Source of the DNA: Allobaculum fili
Lineage (GTDB): Bacteria > Bacillota_I > Bacilli_A > Erysipelotrichales > Erysipelotrichaceae
DNA: 32,000 bases
Reading direction: 5' to 3'
Assembly: GCF_020969955.1 (NCBI RefSeq)
Contig: NZ_JAHDSX010000004.1
Coordinates: forward strand, 30,001 to 62,000
The position numbers were made by a program, and so were the translations under genes. Below the pieces are notes generated by a model. That model was not told the origin of the DNA, did no database searches, and was given only the letters and a program-made list of their open reading frames with translations. This document shows, piece after piece, positions 1-7,054 of the stretch (positions are counted from its first letter, which is position 1; each line of letters begins with the position of its first letter).

Positions 1-842
1 CGGACAACCAGTATTCGTCCAAACTGCTCATGGCACCGCCTGACTGGACGAAAACGGGCGCAAGCAATACCGACTACGATCTTGGTCTCATTCGCCTGAG
101 AAAGCCGATTGAAGGGGTGGAACCGCTGAAGCTGGCTACGCTGGATCAGTCCAACCTGGACAAGACGTATGAACTGGCCGGCTATCCGTACAATGAAAAC
201 ATTTCCCTGGAATCGCAGGGCATGTATGGAGCCAAAGGCCGCCTGCATTCGATGACCGGACGCCGTACCGTTCTGCATACCATTGACTCGTCGAGCGGTC
301 AGTCCGGTGCTCCGCTGCTCAACGAAAACAATCAGGTTGAAGCGATTCATACATTTGCCAAGGCGAGCGAACAGCTCAATGGCGGCGTTGCCATCGACTC
401 CTACATTTACGCGTATGTGGCCTCGTATGCGGCCATCGATGAGCCGGTGTACCGCCTGTACAACCCGAACTCGGGTGAACATCTGTACACGACGGAATAC
501 AACGAGCTCGTCAACTGCGTAAACTACGGCTGGAAAGACGAAGGCGTCGCCTGGCATTCCGAAAAGAACGGCGTACCGCTGTATCGTCTCTACAACCCGA
601 ACGCGGGCGACCATCACTACACGCTCGATACCGCTGAGCGTGCCGCACTCGTGGAAATGGGCTGGACAGCCGAAGGCATCACCTGCTATACGTCCGCAAG
701 TGAAAACGATCGGCCGGTATACCGTCTGTACAACCCGAACGCGGTTGCCGGATCGCACCATTTCACGTTTAACGCAACAGAACGCGACGGTCTTGTAACG
801 ATGGGCTGGGTCGATGAAGGCATTGGCTTCTATTCAAAATAA
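1..842 (+). CDS. Trypsin-like (S1B / glutamyl-endopeptidase-like) serine protease, 5'-truncated by the window edge, with a C-terminal repeat domain
   Basis: Frame 3 is open from nt 3 (DNQYSSKLL precedes the listed Met at 30), so the start lies upstream of the window. Asp motif DYDLGLIRL, GYP, and catalytic Ser motif DSSSGQSGAPL (Ser codon 303-305). The catalytic His must be off-window. Stop at 840-842 is followed by a terminator. Confidence 0.8.
   Translation, partial: DNQYSSKLLMAPPDWTKTGASNTDYDLGLIRLRKPIEGVEPLKLATLDQSNLDKTYELAGYPYNENISLESQGMYGAKGRLHSMTGRRTVLHTIDSSSGQSGAPLLNENNQVEAIHTFAKASEQLNGGVAIDSYIYAYVASYAAIDEPVYRLYNPNSGEHLYTTEYNELVNCVNYGWKDEGVAWHSEKNGVPLYRLYNPNAGDHHYTLDTAERAALVEMGWTAEGITCYTSASENDRPVYRLYNPNAVAGSHHFTFNATERDGLVTMGWVDEGIGFYSK
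441..839 (+). repeat. Three tandem ~45-aa protein repeats (P[VL]YRLYNPN-x-G-x-H-x-[YF]T ... GW..EG) inside the protease CDS
   Basis: Peptide repeats EPVYRLYNPNSGEHLYT..GWKDEGVAW, VPLYRLYNPNAGDHHYT..GWTAEGITCY and RPVYRLYNPNAVAGSHHFT..GWVDEGIGFY. DNA cores tacCGnCTnTACAACCCGAAC at ~450, ~582 and ~720. From memory this is the Pfam DUF5648-type repeat. Confidence 0.8.
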
Positions 843-856
843 ACTTCATAAAAGAC

Positions 857-905
857 AGGCATGAATTCCCAAATCCTTACTCTGGGCGTTCATGCCTTTT
901 TCGTT
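857..905 (+). terminator. Rho-independent terminator after the protease gene
   Basis: AGGCATGAA (857-865) pairs with TTCATGCCT (889-897), followed by TTTTTCGTTTTC. Confidence 0.65.
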
Positions 906-937
906 TTCTTCACTTCGCCGTTCGTTCTCCGGTTTTT

Positions 938-946
938 TGGTAAAAT
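938..946 (+). promoter_or_regulatory. Candidate extended -10 promoter (TGgTAAAAT) for the AAA+ operon
   Basis: TG at 938-939 and TAAAAT at 941-946. No good -35 at 17-nt spacing. Confidence 0.3.
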
Positions 947-1028
947 GAGAATAAATTTTCATGAGTCAATCAACATCGAACGTTTCCCGTTCTCTGCCTA
1001 AATCGGGCAGGGAAGGAAGAACGCTTCG

Positions 1029-3014
1029 ATGAAATCGATATTCGAACATTCTGGAGAAAAAAGTATGGATTCGAACCTTTCCAAAGCCAGCCAGGCCTGG
1101 CAGCAGGGCTATCGTCTTTGTCAGACACTCGAACAGATGGACCCTGCTTTTCTTAAACCCCTTGAAAATACGCTGACTGAACAGTATCGCATCGAAGTCC
1201 TTTCGCTGCTGCTCTATCTGGCCGAAGCGGCTGGCGGTGTCCAGGCCAAACGGGCTGCTCTGATCAACGAAGTGCTGTCCTTTCACTACACCCCGAGTGA
1301 ATACAACGCGCTGATGAAGCGGCTTTCGCTGCACAAGTCGGATTTCAGCTCGCTCATTCCTGTCGTACTCAAAGTCGCTGCCCATGGCGATCAGCTAAGC
1401 GGCACAGGCAGTACGTATCAAAGACAGATTCTTTCCGTTCTCAGCGAAATTTCCAAAAACGCCTGGGAGTGTGCGGGCAAGGATCCCCTTGAAGAACTTG
1501 ACCAGCAGATTTACATTTTGTTTCTCGACAACTGGATTCACAAAAACCAGCCGGCACCCGATACCCCCAAGGAACTGATCGATACCCTCGATTCGCTCGG
1601 CCGTCTGGAGCGGGAACTCGGTCCGTCGCTCTTTCCGGAACAGACTTCGACCATGGGCGGATCGAGCGATCCCAAAACGCAAAATAAACAGGCCCCCAAA
1701 ACCAGTGAAACGGCCGAAGCGAAACCGGAACAGCCGGAAAAAACACTGGATGAGCTGATGGAAGAGCTCAATTCGCTGACCGGGCTGAAAGGCGTTAAGG
1801 AAGACGTCAACAGCCTGATCAACCTGCTGAAGATTCGCCGGATCCGTCGAGAGCGTTCGATGAAGGAAATGCCCGTATCGATGCATCTGGTGTTCACCGG
1901 CAATCCAGGAACGGGCAAAACGACCGTCGCCCGGCTGCTCGCCGGCATTTATCATGCGCTCGGCGCCTTAAGCAAAGGTCAGCTTGTGGAAGTAGACCGT
2001 TCGGAACTGGTCGGCGGCTATGTCGGCCAGACCGCAATCAAGACGCAGGAAGTCGTCAACTCCGCTCTGGGCGGCGTGCTCTTTATCGACGAAGCCTATT
2101 CCCTGGCCGCCGGCAAGGACAAAGCCGACTTTGGCCGGGAAGCGATCGATACGCTTCTGGTCGAGATGGAAAACCATCGTGACGATCTGGCGGTTATTGT
2201 CGCCGGCTATCCCGAACCGATGGAAGAATTCCTGCAGTCCAATCCGGGTCTGAAATCGCGATTTAACAAGTTCATCGATTTCCCGGACTATACCCCGGAA
2301 GAACTGTATGAAATTCTCTTAGGCATTTGTAAAAAGAACGGCTACAAACTCTCCGAAAAAGCCCAGGAAACCGCGAAGTCGATGTTCAGGGATCTGTACG
2401 AAAACCGGGATGCCGATTTTGCCAACGGCCGTACCGTGCGTAATCTCTTTGAAAAAGCCGTCGTACGCCAGGCCAACCGTCTGGTCAAACTCGACACCTT
2501 AAGCAACGAACAGCTCGAAACGATCGAAGCCTCGGATCTGAGCGGAGAAGAACCGGAAGATGCAGAGAGTGAAAAAGCAGAGGACGAAGCCAAAAACGAG
2601 TCCGCTGCGGAAAATCCTGATCCATCTGCTTCGAATTCGGAAGAAATACCTGCCGAACCAGCCTCTGTTTCTGTAAATACAGATCCAGAAACATCCGAGG
2701 CTTCGGATCTGTCGAGAGCAGAGAAGGGCACGGAAACGGAGAACAATCCAAATCAGAAAACGGAACTTCCGTTGCTTCCCGCATCCGACAGCGAGACACC
2801 GGCTGCAAGCCCAAAAGAAGAAACAGGTCCCGATCTTCTGGAAGGGGAACTGGATGCCGTCGACGTTCTGGAACGGTTTAAAAACGGCGAAGAAGGCGCC
2901 TTTGCGGATCCGCAGGCGCTGGCCAAGGCACTCATATCCCGTGCCGGACGAAAACGTGATGAAGAAAAAGCCATGAAGGCAGCCGCAAAGAAAGAGGACC
3001 AGCATGGCAAGTGA
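1029..3014 (+). CDS. AAA+ ATPase of the CbbX/SpoVK/EccA-like clade with an unusual N-terminal helical domain and a long acidic C-terminal tail
   Basis: SD GGAAGGAAG at 1012-1020. Walker A GNPGTGKTT (1899-1925), Walker B LFIDEAY (2079-), VIVAGYP, GLKSRF, ANGRTVRN, typical of CbbX/SpoVK-type AAA+. N-terminal ~180 aa carry a TerB/DjlA-N-like motif (LSLLLYLAEAAGGVQAKRAALINEVL). Residues ~505-600 are E/D/S/P-rich low complexity. Alternative start ATG at 1065. Confidence 0.85.
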   Translation: MKSIFEHSGEKSMDSNLSKASQAWQQGYRLCQTLEQMDPAFLKPLENTLTEQYRIEVLSLLLYLAEAAGGVQAKRAALINEVLSFHYTPSEYNALMKRLSLHKSDFSSLIPVVLKVAAHGDQLSGTGSTYQRQILSVLSEISKNAWECAGKDPLEELDQQIYILFLDNWIHKNQPAPDTPKELIDTLDSLGRLERELGPSLFPEQTSTMGGSSDPKTQNKQAPKTSETAEAKPEQPEKTLDELMEELNSLTGLKGVKEDVNSLINLLKIRRIRRERSMKEMPVSMHLVFTGNPGTGKTTVARLLAGIYHALGALSKGQLVEVDRSELVGGYVGQTAIKTQEVVNSALGGVLFIDEAYSLAAGKDKADFGREAIDTLLVEMENHRDDLAVIVAGYPEPMEEFLQSNPGLKSRFNKFIDFPDYTPEELYEILLGICKKNGYKLSEKAQETAKSMFRDLYENRDADFANGRTVRNLFEKAVVRQANRLVKLDTLSNEQLETIEASDLSGEEPEDAESEKAEDEAKNESAAENPDPSASNSEEIPAEPASVSVNTDPETSEASDLSRAEKGTETENNPNQKTELPLLPASDSETPAASPKEETGPDLLEGELDAVDVLERFKNGEEGAFADPQALAKALISRAGRKRDEEKAMKAAAKKEDQHGK

Positions 3015-3420
3015 GACAAAACGGATTCTCGAACACTTTGATTGGATCGCTGAACAGCTTGGCGAAGATCTTTCCTGGTACATCGTCTATGAAGCAGCGC
3101 TCAAAGCCGGGGATATGCTTCATGTAGAAGGCAGCTACGATCTTCCCGACAATAAAAGACGCCTGTACAACTATGCGACAAGCATTGAACTATGCCGGCT
3201 GCTTGAAGAACACGTCCTGATCGGCGAGAAGGTGGACATTACCCACGAGTTTTACATCGAAGCCATGGACTATTTCGCGCTCCATGTGCCGGCTGTCCCC
3301 ACGTTTGAGCTGAGCGGCTATCTGAACTATCTCGACAGCTGGTCCATGCAGTTTACGGACTGGACGAGTGCTCATCCGCAGCCTTTTGAAAATCTGGAAA
3401 TTGTCGTCAGCACGTGCTGA
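3004..3420 (+). CDS. Hypothetical 138-aa protein, probably translationally coupled to the AAA+ ATPase
   Basis: The ATG at 3004 overlaps the upstream stop (ATGGCAAGTGA, 3004-3014). Composition looks coding. No motif I recognise. A strong terminator follows at 3538-3580. Confidence 0.55.
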   Translation: MASETKRILEHFDWIAEQLGEDLSWYIVYEAALKAGDMLHVEGSYDLPDNKRRLYNYATSIELCRLLEEHVLIGEKVDITHEFYIEAMDYFALHVPAVPTFELSGYLNYLDSWSMQFTDWTSAHPQPFENLEIVVSTC

Positions 3421-3537
3421 TCGCTTTATGAATGTGCGGACGAAAGATGAATGCTGCCCGCTCGAAATACTCCAGTCCTAAAAAATGGGCAGGGAACAGG
3501 AAAATCCGCTTTTCTGTTTGAACGGTTGTGCCAAAAA

Positions 3538-3580
3538 GAATCTGGATTTCTTCGTGAAAAGGAAGAATCCAGGTTTTTTT
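3538..3580 (+). terminator. Rho-independent terminator of the AAA+/138-aa operon
   Basis: CTGGATTTCTTC (3542-3553) pairs with GGAAGAATCCAG (3561-3572) with one bulged T, followed by G+TTTTTTT (3574-3580). An A-tract lies upstream. Confidence 0.8.
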
Positions 3581-3724
3581 ACGTTTTCGTGCTGTTTCTT
3601 TGAAGGGATCGGATATCTGCTGGACGCCATTTGGGGCTTAAACGGACAGAAAGTACGGCCTGCACCCTGATCCGGACGAAAAAGCGGCCTGTTCGGTCGA
3701 CTAAGTGTCCAGTTTGGAAACAAT

Positions 3725-3753
3725 TTGAAAGGCGAAATGGAAACCCTTACAAT
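3725..3753 (+). promoter_or_regulatory. Near-consensus sigma-A-type promoter (TTGAAA-N17-TACAAT)
   Basis: -35 TTGAAA at 3725-3730, exact 17-nt spacer, -10 TACAAT at 3748-3753. It lies 182 nt upstream of the ankyrin gene ATG. Confidence 0.6.
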
Positions 3754-3782
3754 GAAGTCACTCACAGGAAGGAAGTGGTTTT

Positions 3783-3869
3783 ATGAAAAGCAATGTTGTT
3801 GTTTCGGTGCTTGTTAATGGGAATAAAACCGGGCTTTCTTCCGGATTAAGCTGGGACAGTGTGCAGTAG
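3783..3869 (+). CDS. Candidate 28-codon uORF / leader peptide (MKSNVVVSVLVNGNKTGLSSGLSWDSVQ)
   Basis: SD AGGAAGG at 3766-3772, ATG at 3783, TAG at 3867-3869. It sits between the promoter at 3725-3753 and the terminator-like helix. It is below the 60-aa cut-off of the ORF track. No homology evidence. Confidence 0.3.
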   Translation: MKSNVVVSVLVNGNKTGLSSGLSWDSVQ

Positions 3870-3905
3870 GGTCTTTTGACCTGAAGCCATCTGGCCCGGC
3901 TTTTT
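3825..3905 (+). terminator. Terminator/attenuator-like long-range helix in the ankyrin operon leader
   Basis: AAAACCGGGC (3825-3834, inside the uORF) pairs with GCCCGG(C)TTTTT (3894-3905). A local hairpin GGGTC-TTTT-GACC lies at 3869-3882. An alternative CCGG/CCGG pairing exists (3829-3832 with 3841-3844). The 59-nt enclosed segment makes this atypical for a simple terminator. Confidence 0.3.
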
Positions 3906-3934
3906 GATACCAGAATTATAGGAGGATTTACAAA

Positions 3935-4609
3935 ATGGATCAGAAATTCAATAAGGTGTTCTGGGATGCATGCGCAAATGGCGACTTCGCAATGGCAGTC
4001 GGCCAGATCCGCACCGGAGCTGATGTAAACTACGCCAACGGAGACGGCAGAACCGCACTGATGCGCGCTGCCAAACGTGACCGCAAGGATATCGTTCAGT
4101 TACTGATCGATAACGGTGCAGATGTAAATGCAGCTGACAAATACGGAAAAACCGCTCTGATGGGCGCAGCCAAAAAAGGCAACCGCACAATCTGCAAGGC
4201 GCTGATCGAAGCCGGTGCTGACGTGAACGCAAAAGATGACAACGGCAGAACCGCACTCATGCGTGCCGCTCTTCTCGGACAGGATCGCTGCATTCAGGTT
4301 CTGCTCGATGCCGGCGCAGAAATCAACGCCCAGGACGAAGTCGGCCGCAGCGCACTCATGGAAGCCTGTATCGCCTTCAAGCGCGACACCATTAACATGC
4401 TGCTCGAGCGCAACGCCGATGTGAACCTTTTCGATAATAACGGCTGCACCGCTCTGATGCGTGCGGCATACGGCGGATATCCTTCGCTCGTAGAAAAACT
4501 GATCGTTTACGGCGCAGACAAGGATATGGCCGATAAACAGGGCAACAAAGCGATTGATTATGTACGTGAACACTGCAGAGCCCAGCTCGAACCCATGCTG
4601 GAAATGTAG
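3935..4609 (+). CDS. Ankyrin-repeat protein (cytoplasmic, no signal peptide)
   Basis: SD AGGAGGA at 3920-3926. Five full 33-aa ANK repeats plus caps with consensus G-TALM-AA--G----V--LL--GADVNA-D. Confidence 0.9.
   Translation: MDQKFNKVFWDACANGDFAMAVGQIRTGADVNYANGDGRTALMRAAKRDRKDIVQLLIDNGADVNAADKYGKTALMGAAKKGNRTICKALIEAGADVNAKDDNGRTALMRAALLGQDRCIQVLLDAGAEINAQDEVGRSALMEACIAFKRDTINMLLERNADVNLFDNNGCTALMRAAYGGYPSLVEKLIVYGADKDMADKQGNKAIDYVREHCRAQLEPMLEM
4043..4537 (+). repeat. Ankyrin repeat array, 5 x 99-nt period, inside the CDS
   Basis: DGRTALMRAAKRDRKDIVQLLIDNGADVNAA, KYGKTALMGAAKKGNRTICKALIEAGADVNAK, DNGRTALMRAALLGQDRCIQVLLDAGAEINAQ, EVGRSALMEACIAFKRDTINMLLERNADVNLF, NNGCTALMRAAYGGYPSLVEKLIVYGADKDMA. 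Confidence 0.9.
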
Positions 4610-4632
4610 ACGTCTGAAAGGAAAAAATAATT

Positions 4633-6705
4633 ATGAGAGACTATAAAAGCAGCGAAGTCCGCAACGTCAGTGTCGTCGGCCACTCCGGCGCAGGAAAAAC
4701 ATCCGTTCTGGAAGCGATGCTTTACTACACGGATGCAACGGAACGCTTTGGAAAAACCAGCGAAGGTTCTTCGCTGATCGATTTCGATGCAGAAGAAATC
4801 AAGCGAGGCATCTCCATTTACACTTCGATCGTTCCGATCGAATGGGATGAATGCAAAATCAACTTCATCGATACTCCGGGCTACCTTGACTTCACTGGCG
4901 AAAAAGAAGCCGGAATGGCCGCAGGCGATAACGTTCTGATCGTGGTCAATGCGAAAGATCCGCTCCAGGCTGGAACCCGTCTCGCCTATAAAGAAGCTGT
5001 TGCTTCCCATAAACCGACCATCTTCTTCATCAACCATCTCGATGAAGAAAACACTTCCTTCGACTCTGCTTATGCAGCTCTGCACGAAGCTTTCGGAAAA
5101 TCCGTTATCCCGTTTGAAGTGCCAATTATTGAAAACGGCGAATACGTAGGTACCGTCAACATTCTGAAAAACAAAGCCTGGTATCATCATGGACCAAAAG
5201 CTTCCGACTCCGTCGCTCAGCCTGTTCCGGAAGAAATGGCCGATGAAATCGCCATGTACAAAGACCAGATCGCTGAAGCAGTTGCCATGGGCGACGACGA
5301 TCTGATGGAAAAATTCTTCTCTGGCGAAGAATTTACCGACACGGAACTGACCAAGGGCGTTCGTATTGGCGTACGCAGCGGTGAAATCATTCCTGTATTC
5401 TCCGGCTCCGCCGTCGAAAGCCGCGGCATTGGCCGTCTGATGGATCTGATCATCACGTACTTCCCGTCCTATTCCGAAAAGGGAATCATCACCCTGGAAA
5501 CGCCGGAAGGCGAACCCGTTGAACTGCTGACGACGGAAGAAGAAACCATGACCGCACAGGTTTTCAAGACGATCATGGACCCGTTCGTAGGCCGTATTTC
5601 CTACGTCAAGGTTCTTTCCGGAACGCTCGCTTCCGATTCTCAGGTTGTCAACGGCAACACCGGCAAACCGGAAAAAATCGGTGCGCTGTTCACCATTAAA
5701 GGCCGCTATCAGACCGCTGCCGGAAAACTCTTTACCGGCGACATCGGCGCCATCTCCAAACTGCAGAATACGAAAACTAACGATACACTCTGCGCAAAGG
5801 GTACCCGTCTGATCAATAAGCCGATCGTCTTCTCCGAAGCTCTGTACGGCCAGGCGGTTACGCCTAAGACAAAGAACGATGAAGACAAGCTCTCCACCGG
5901 TCTAAACCGTATTTCCGAAGAAGATCCGACCTTCCGCGTTGAAAACAACCCGGAAACGCGTGAAACCGTCATCTATGGTCTGGGCGACCAGCATCTGGAT
6001 GTCATCGTCAACAAGCTGAAATCCAAATTCAAAGCGGAAGTTCTGCTGAGCGATCCGAAAGTTACGTATCGCGAAACGATCACCAAGACGGCCGTCGGCG
6101 AAGGCCGTCATAAAAAGCAGTCCGGCGGTCATGGCCAGTTCGGTCACGTCTTCGTTGAATTCGCGCCAAACCCGGATGAAGAAGAACTCGTCTTTGACGA
6201 AAAAGTATTCGGCGGCGCCGTACCGAAACAGTACTTCCCAGCCGTTGAAACCGGTCTGCGTGAAAACGCCATGGTCGGCCCGCTAGCCGGCTACAAGATG
6301 GTCAACCTGAAGACGACGCTGCTCGATGGCAAATACCACGACGTCGATTCTTCCGAAATGGCCTTCAAACTGGCTGCCCGTCTTGCGTATAAAGACGCAA
6401 TGACCAAGTGCCGTCCGATTCTGCTTGAACCGATCATGAACCTGAGCGTTCGCGTTCCGGATGAATACACCGGCACAATCATCGGCGATCTCAATAAGCG
6501 CCGCGGCGCCATCCTGGGCATGGATCCAGAAGGCGATGAACAGGTGATCTCCGCACAGGTTCCGATGATGGAACTGTCCAAGTACGCCATCGATCTGCGC
6601 TCCATGACACAGGGCCTTGGAAGCTACACCGTTTCCATGGACCGCTACGATCCGGTTCCGGAAAACATCGCTTCCCGCATTATTGCTGAAGCAGCCAGGG
6701 ACTAA
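4633..6705 (+). CDS. Elongation factor G paralogue (EF-G-like translational GTPase family member with non-canonical G motifs)
   Basis: 690 aa with full EF-G architecture, including the domain IV motif HKKQSGGHGQFGHV and the C-terminal LEPIM..VP..Y.G.IIGDLN.RRG. G1 is GHSGAGKTS, switch I is RGISI, G3 is DTPGY (4870-4884), G4 is NHLD (5032-5043). It starts 24 nt after the ankyrin gene. Confidence 0.9.
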   Translation: MRDYKSSEVRNVSVVGHSGAGKTSVLEAMLYYTDATERFGKTSEGSSLIDFDAEEIKRGISIYTSIVPIEWDECKINFIDTPGYLDFTGEKEAGMAAGDNVLIVVNAKDPLQAGTRLAYKEAVASHKPTIFFINHLDEENTSFDSAYAALHEAFGKSVIPFEVPIIENGEYVGTVNILKNKAWYHHGPKASDSVAQPVPEEMADEIAMYKDQIAEAVAMGDDDLMEKFFSGEEFTDTELTKGVRIGVRSGEIIPVFSGSAVESRGIGRLMDLIITYFPSYSEKGIITLETPEGEPVELLTTEEETMTAQVFKTIMDPFVGRISYVKVLSGTLASDSQVVNGNTGKPEKIGALFTIKGRYQTAAGKLFTGDIGAISKLQNTKTNDTLCAKGTRLINKPIVFSEALYGQAVTPKTKNDEDKLSTGLNRISEEDPTFRVENNPETRETVIYGLGDQHLDVIVNKLKSKFKAEVLLSDPKVTYRETITKTAVGEGRHKKQSGGHGQFGHVFVEFAPNPDEEELVFDEKVFGGAVPKQYFPAVETGLRENAMVGPLAGYKMVNLKTTLLDGKYHDVDSSEMAFKLAARLAYKDAMTKCRPILLEPIMNLSVRVPDEYTGTIIGDLNKRRGAILGMDPEGDEQVISAQVPMMELSKYAIDLRSMTQGLGSYTVSMDRYDPVPENIASRIIAEAARD

Positions 6706-6757
6706 ATCCGCTTCAGGCCTGATCCAAATCTTTCCAAAACTTAACCGAAACAGCATG

Positions 6758-6791
6758 CCGAGCAGCCGAAAATTCCAGCTGCTCGGTTTTT
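6758..6791 (+). terminator. Rho-independent terminator after the EF-G paralogue
   Basis: CCGAGCAGC (6758-6766) pairs with GCTGCTCGG (6778-6786), followed by TTTTT (6787-6791). Confidence 0.8.
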
Positions 6792-6981
6792 GGCATACTC
6801 TCATTCGGATCTGAGGGAAGTCCTCGCCGGAAGAGGCGGCGGACCCGCGGATTTTTGAACGGTTTTGAATTTTCTGGATTTTCCAGAAGCTTTTTTGACC
6901 GATTCGTAAGAAAACGTGTCTATACTCTTTACGGGAATGAAGTTCTCCCTCGGGAAACCGGAACCGCTCATGCACAAATGC

Positions 6982-7038
6982 AGGCTGATGACTTCTGTGA
7001 TTTTTTTTTGAATCGCAGAAAGCATCAGCCTTTCTGCG
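6982..7038 (+). promoter_or_regulatory. Two competing hairpins in the leader of the antiporter gene
   Basis: Hairpin A: AGGCTGATG (6982-6990) with CATCAGCCT (7023-7031). Hairpin B: CGCAGAAAG (7014-7022) with CTTTCTGCG (7030-7038), followed by TTTAT and the SD GGAGG (7044-7048). The 3' arm of A is the loop of B. Confidence 0.3.
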
Positions 7039-7054
7039 TTTATGGAGGTATTTT

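Noticed and set aside
3478-3765. 95-aa (minus) and 61-aa (plus) ORFs in the 3421-3934 intergenic region
   Set aside because: They have no SD. They span the strong terminator at 3538-3580 and the promoter at 3725-3753. The composition is not coding-like.
4633-6705. EF-G paralogue considered as a Tet(M)/Tet(O)-type ribosomal protection (tetracycline resistance) gene
   Set aside because: Tet(M)/Tet(O) keep AHVDAGKTT / DTPGH / NKID and are ~640 aa. This protein is EF-G-length, has an EF-G-like domain IV motif and has divergent G motifs. No resistance call is justified from sequence alone.
6800-7054. Known riboswitch classes (c-di-AMP ydaO, Mn2+ yybP, Mg2+ M-box, Na+/Li+ motifs) upstream of the antiporter
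   Set aside because: I could not find the conserved cores of any of these by eye. Only the generic alternative hairpins are reported.
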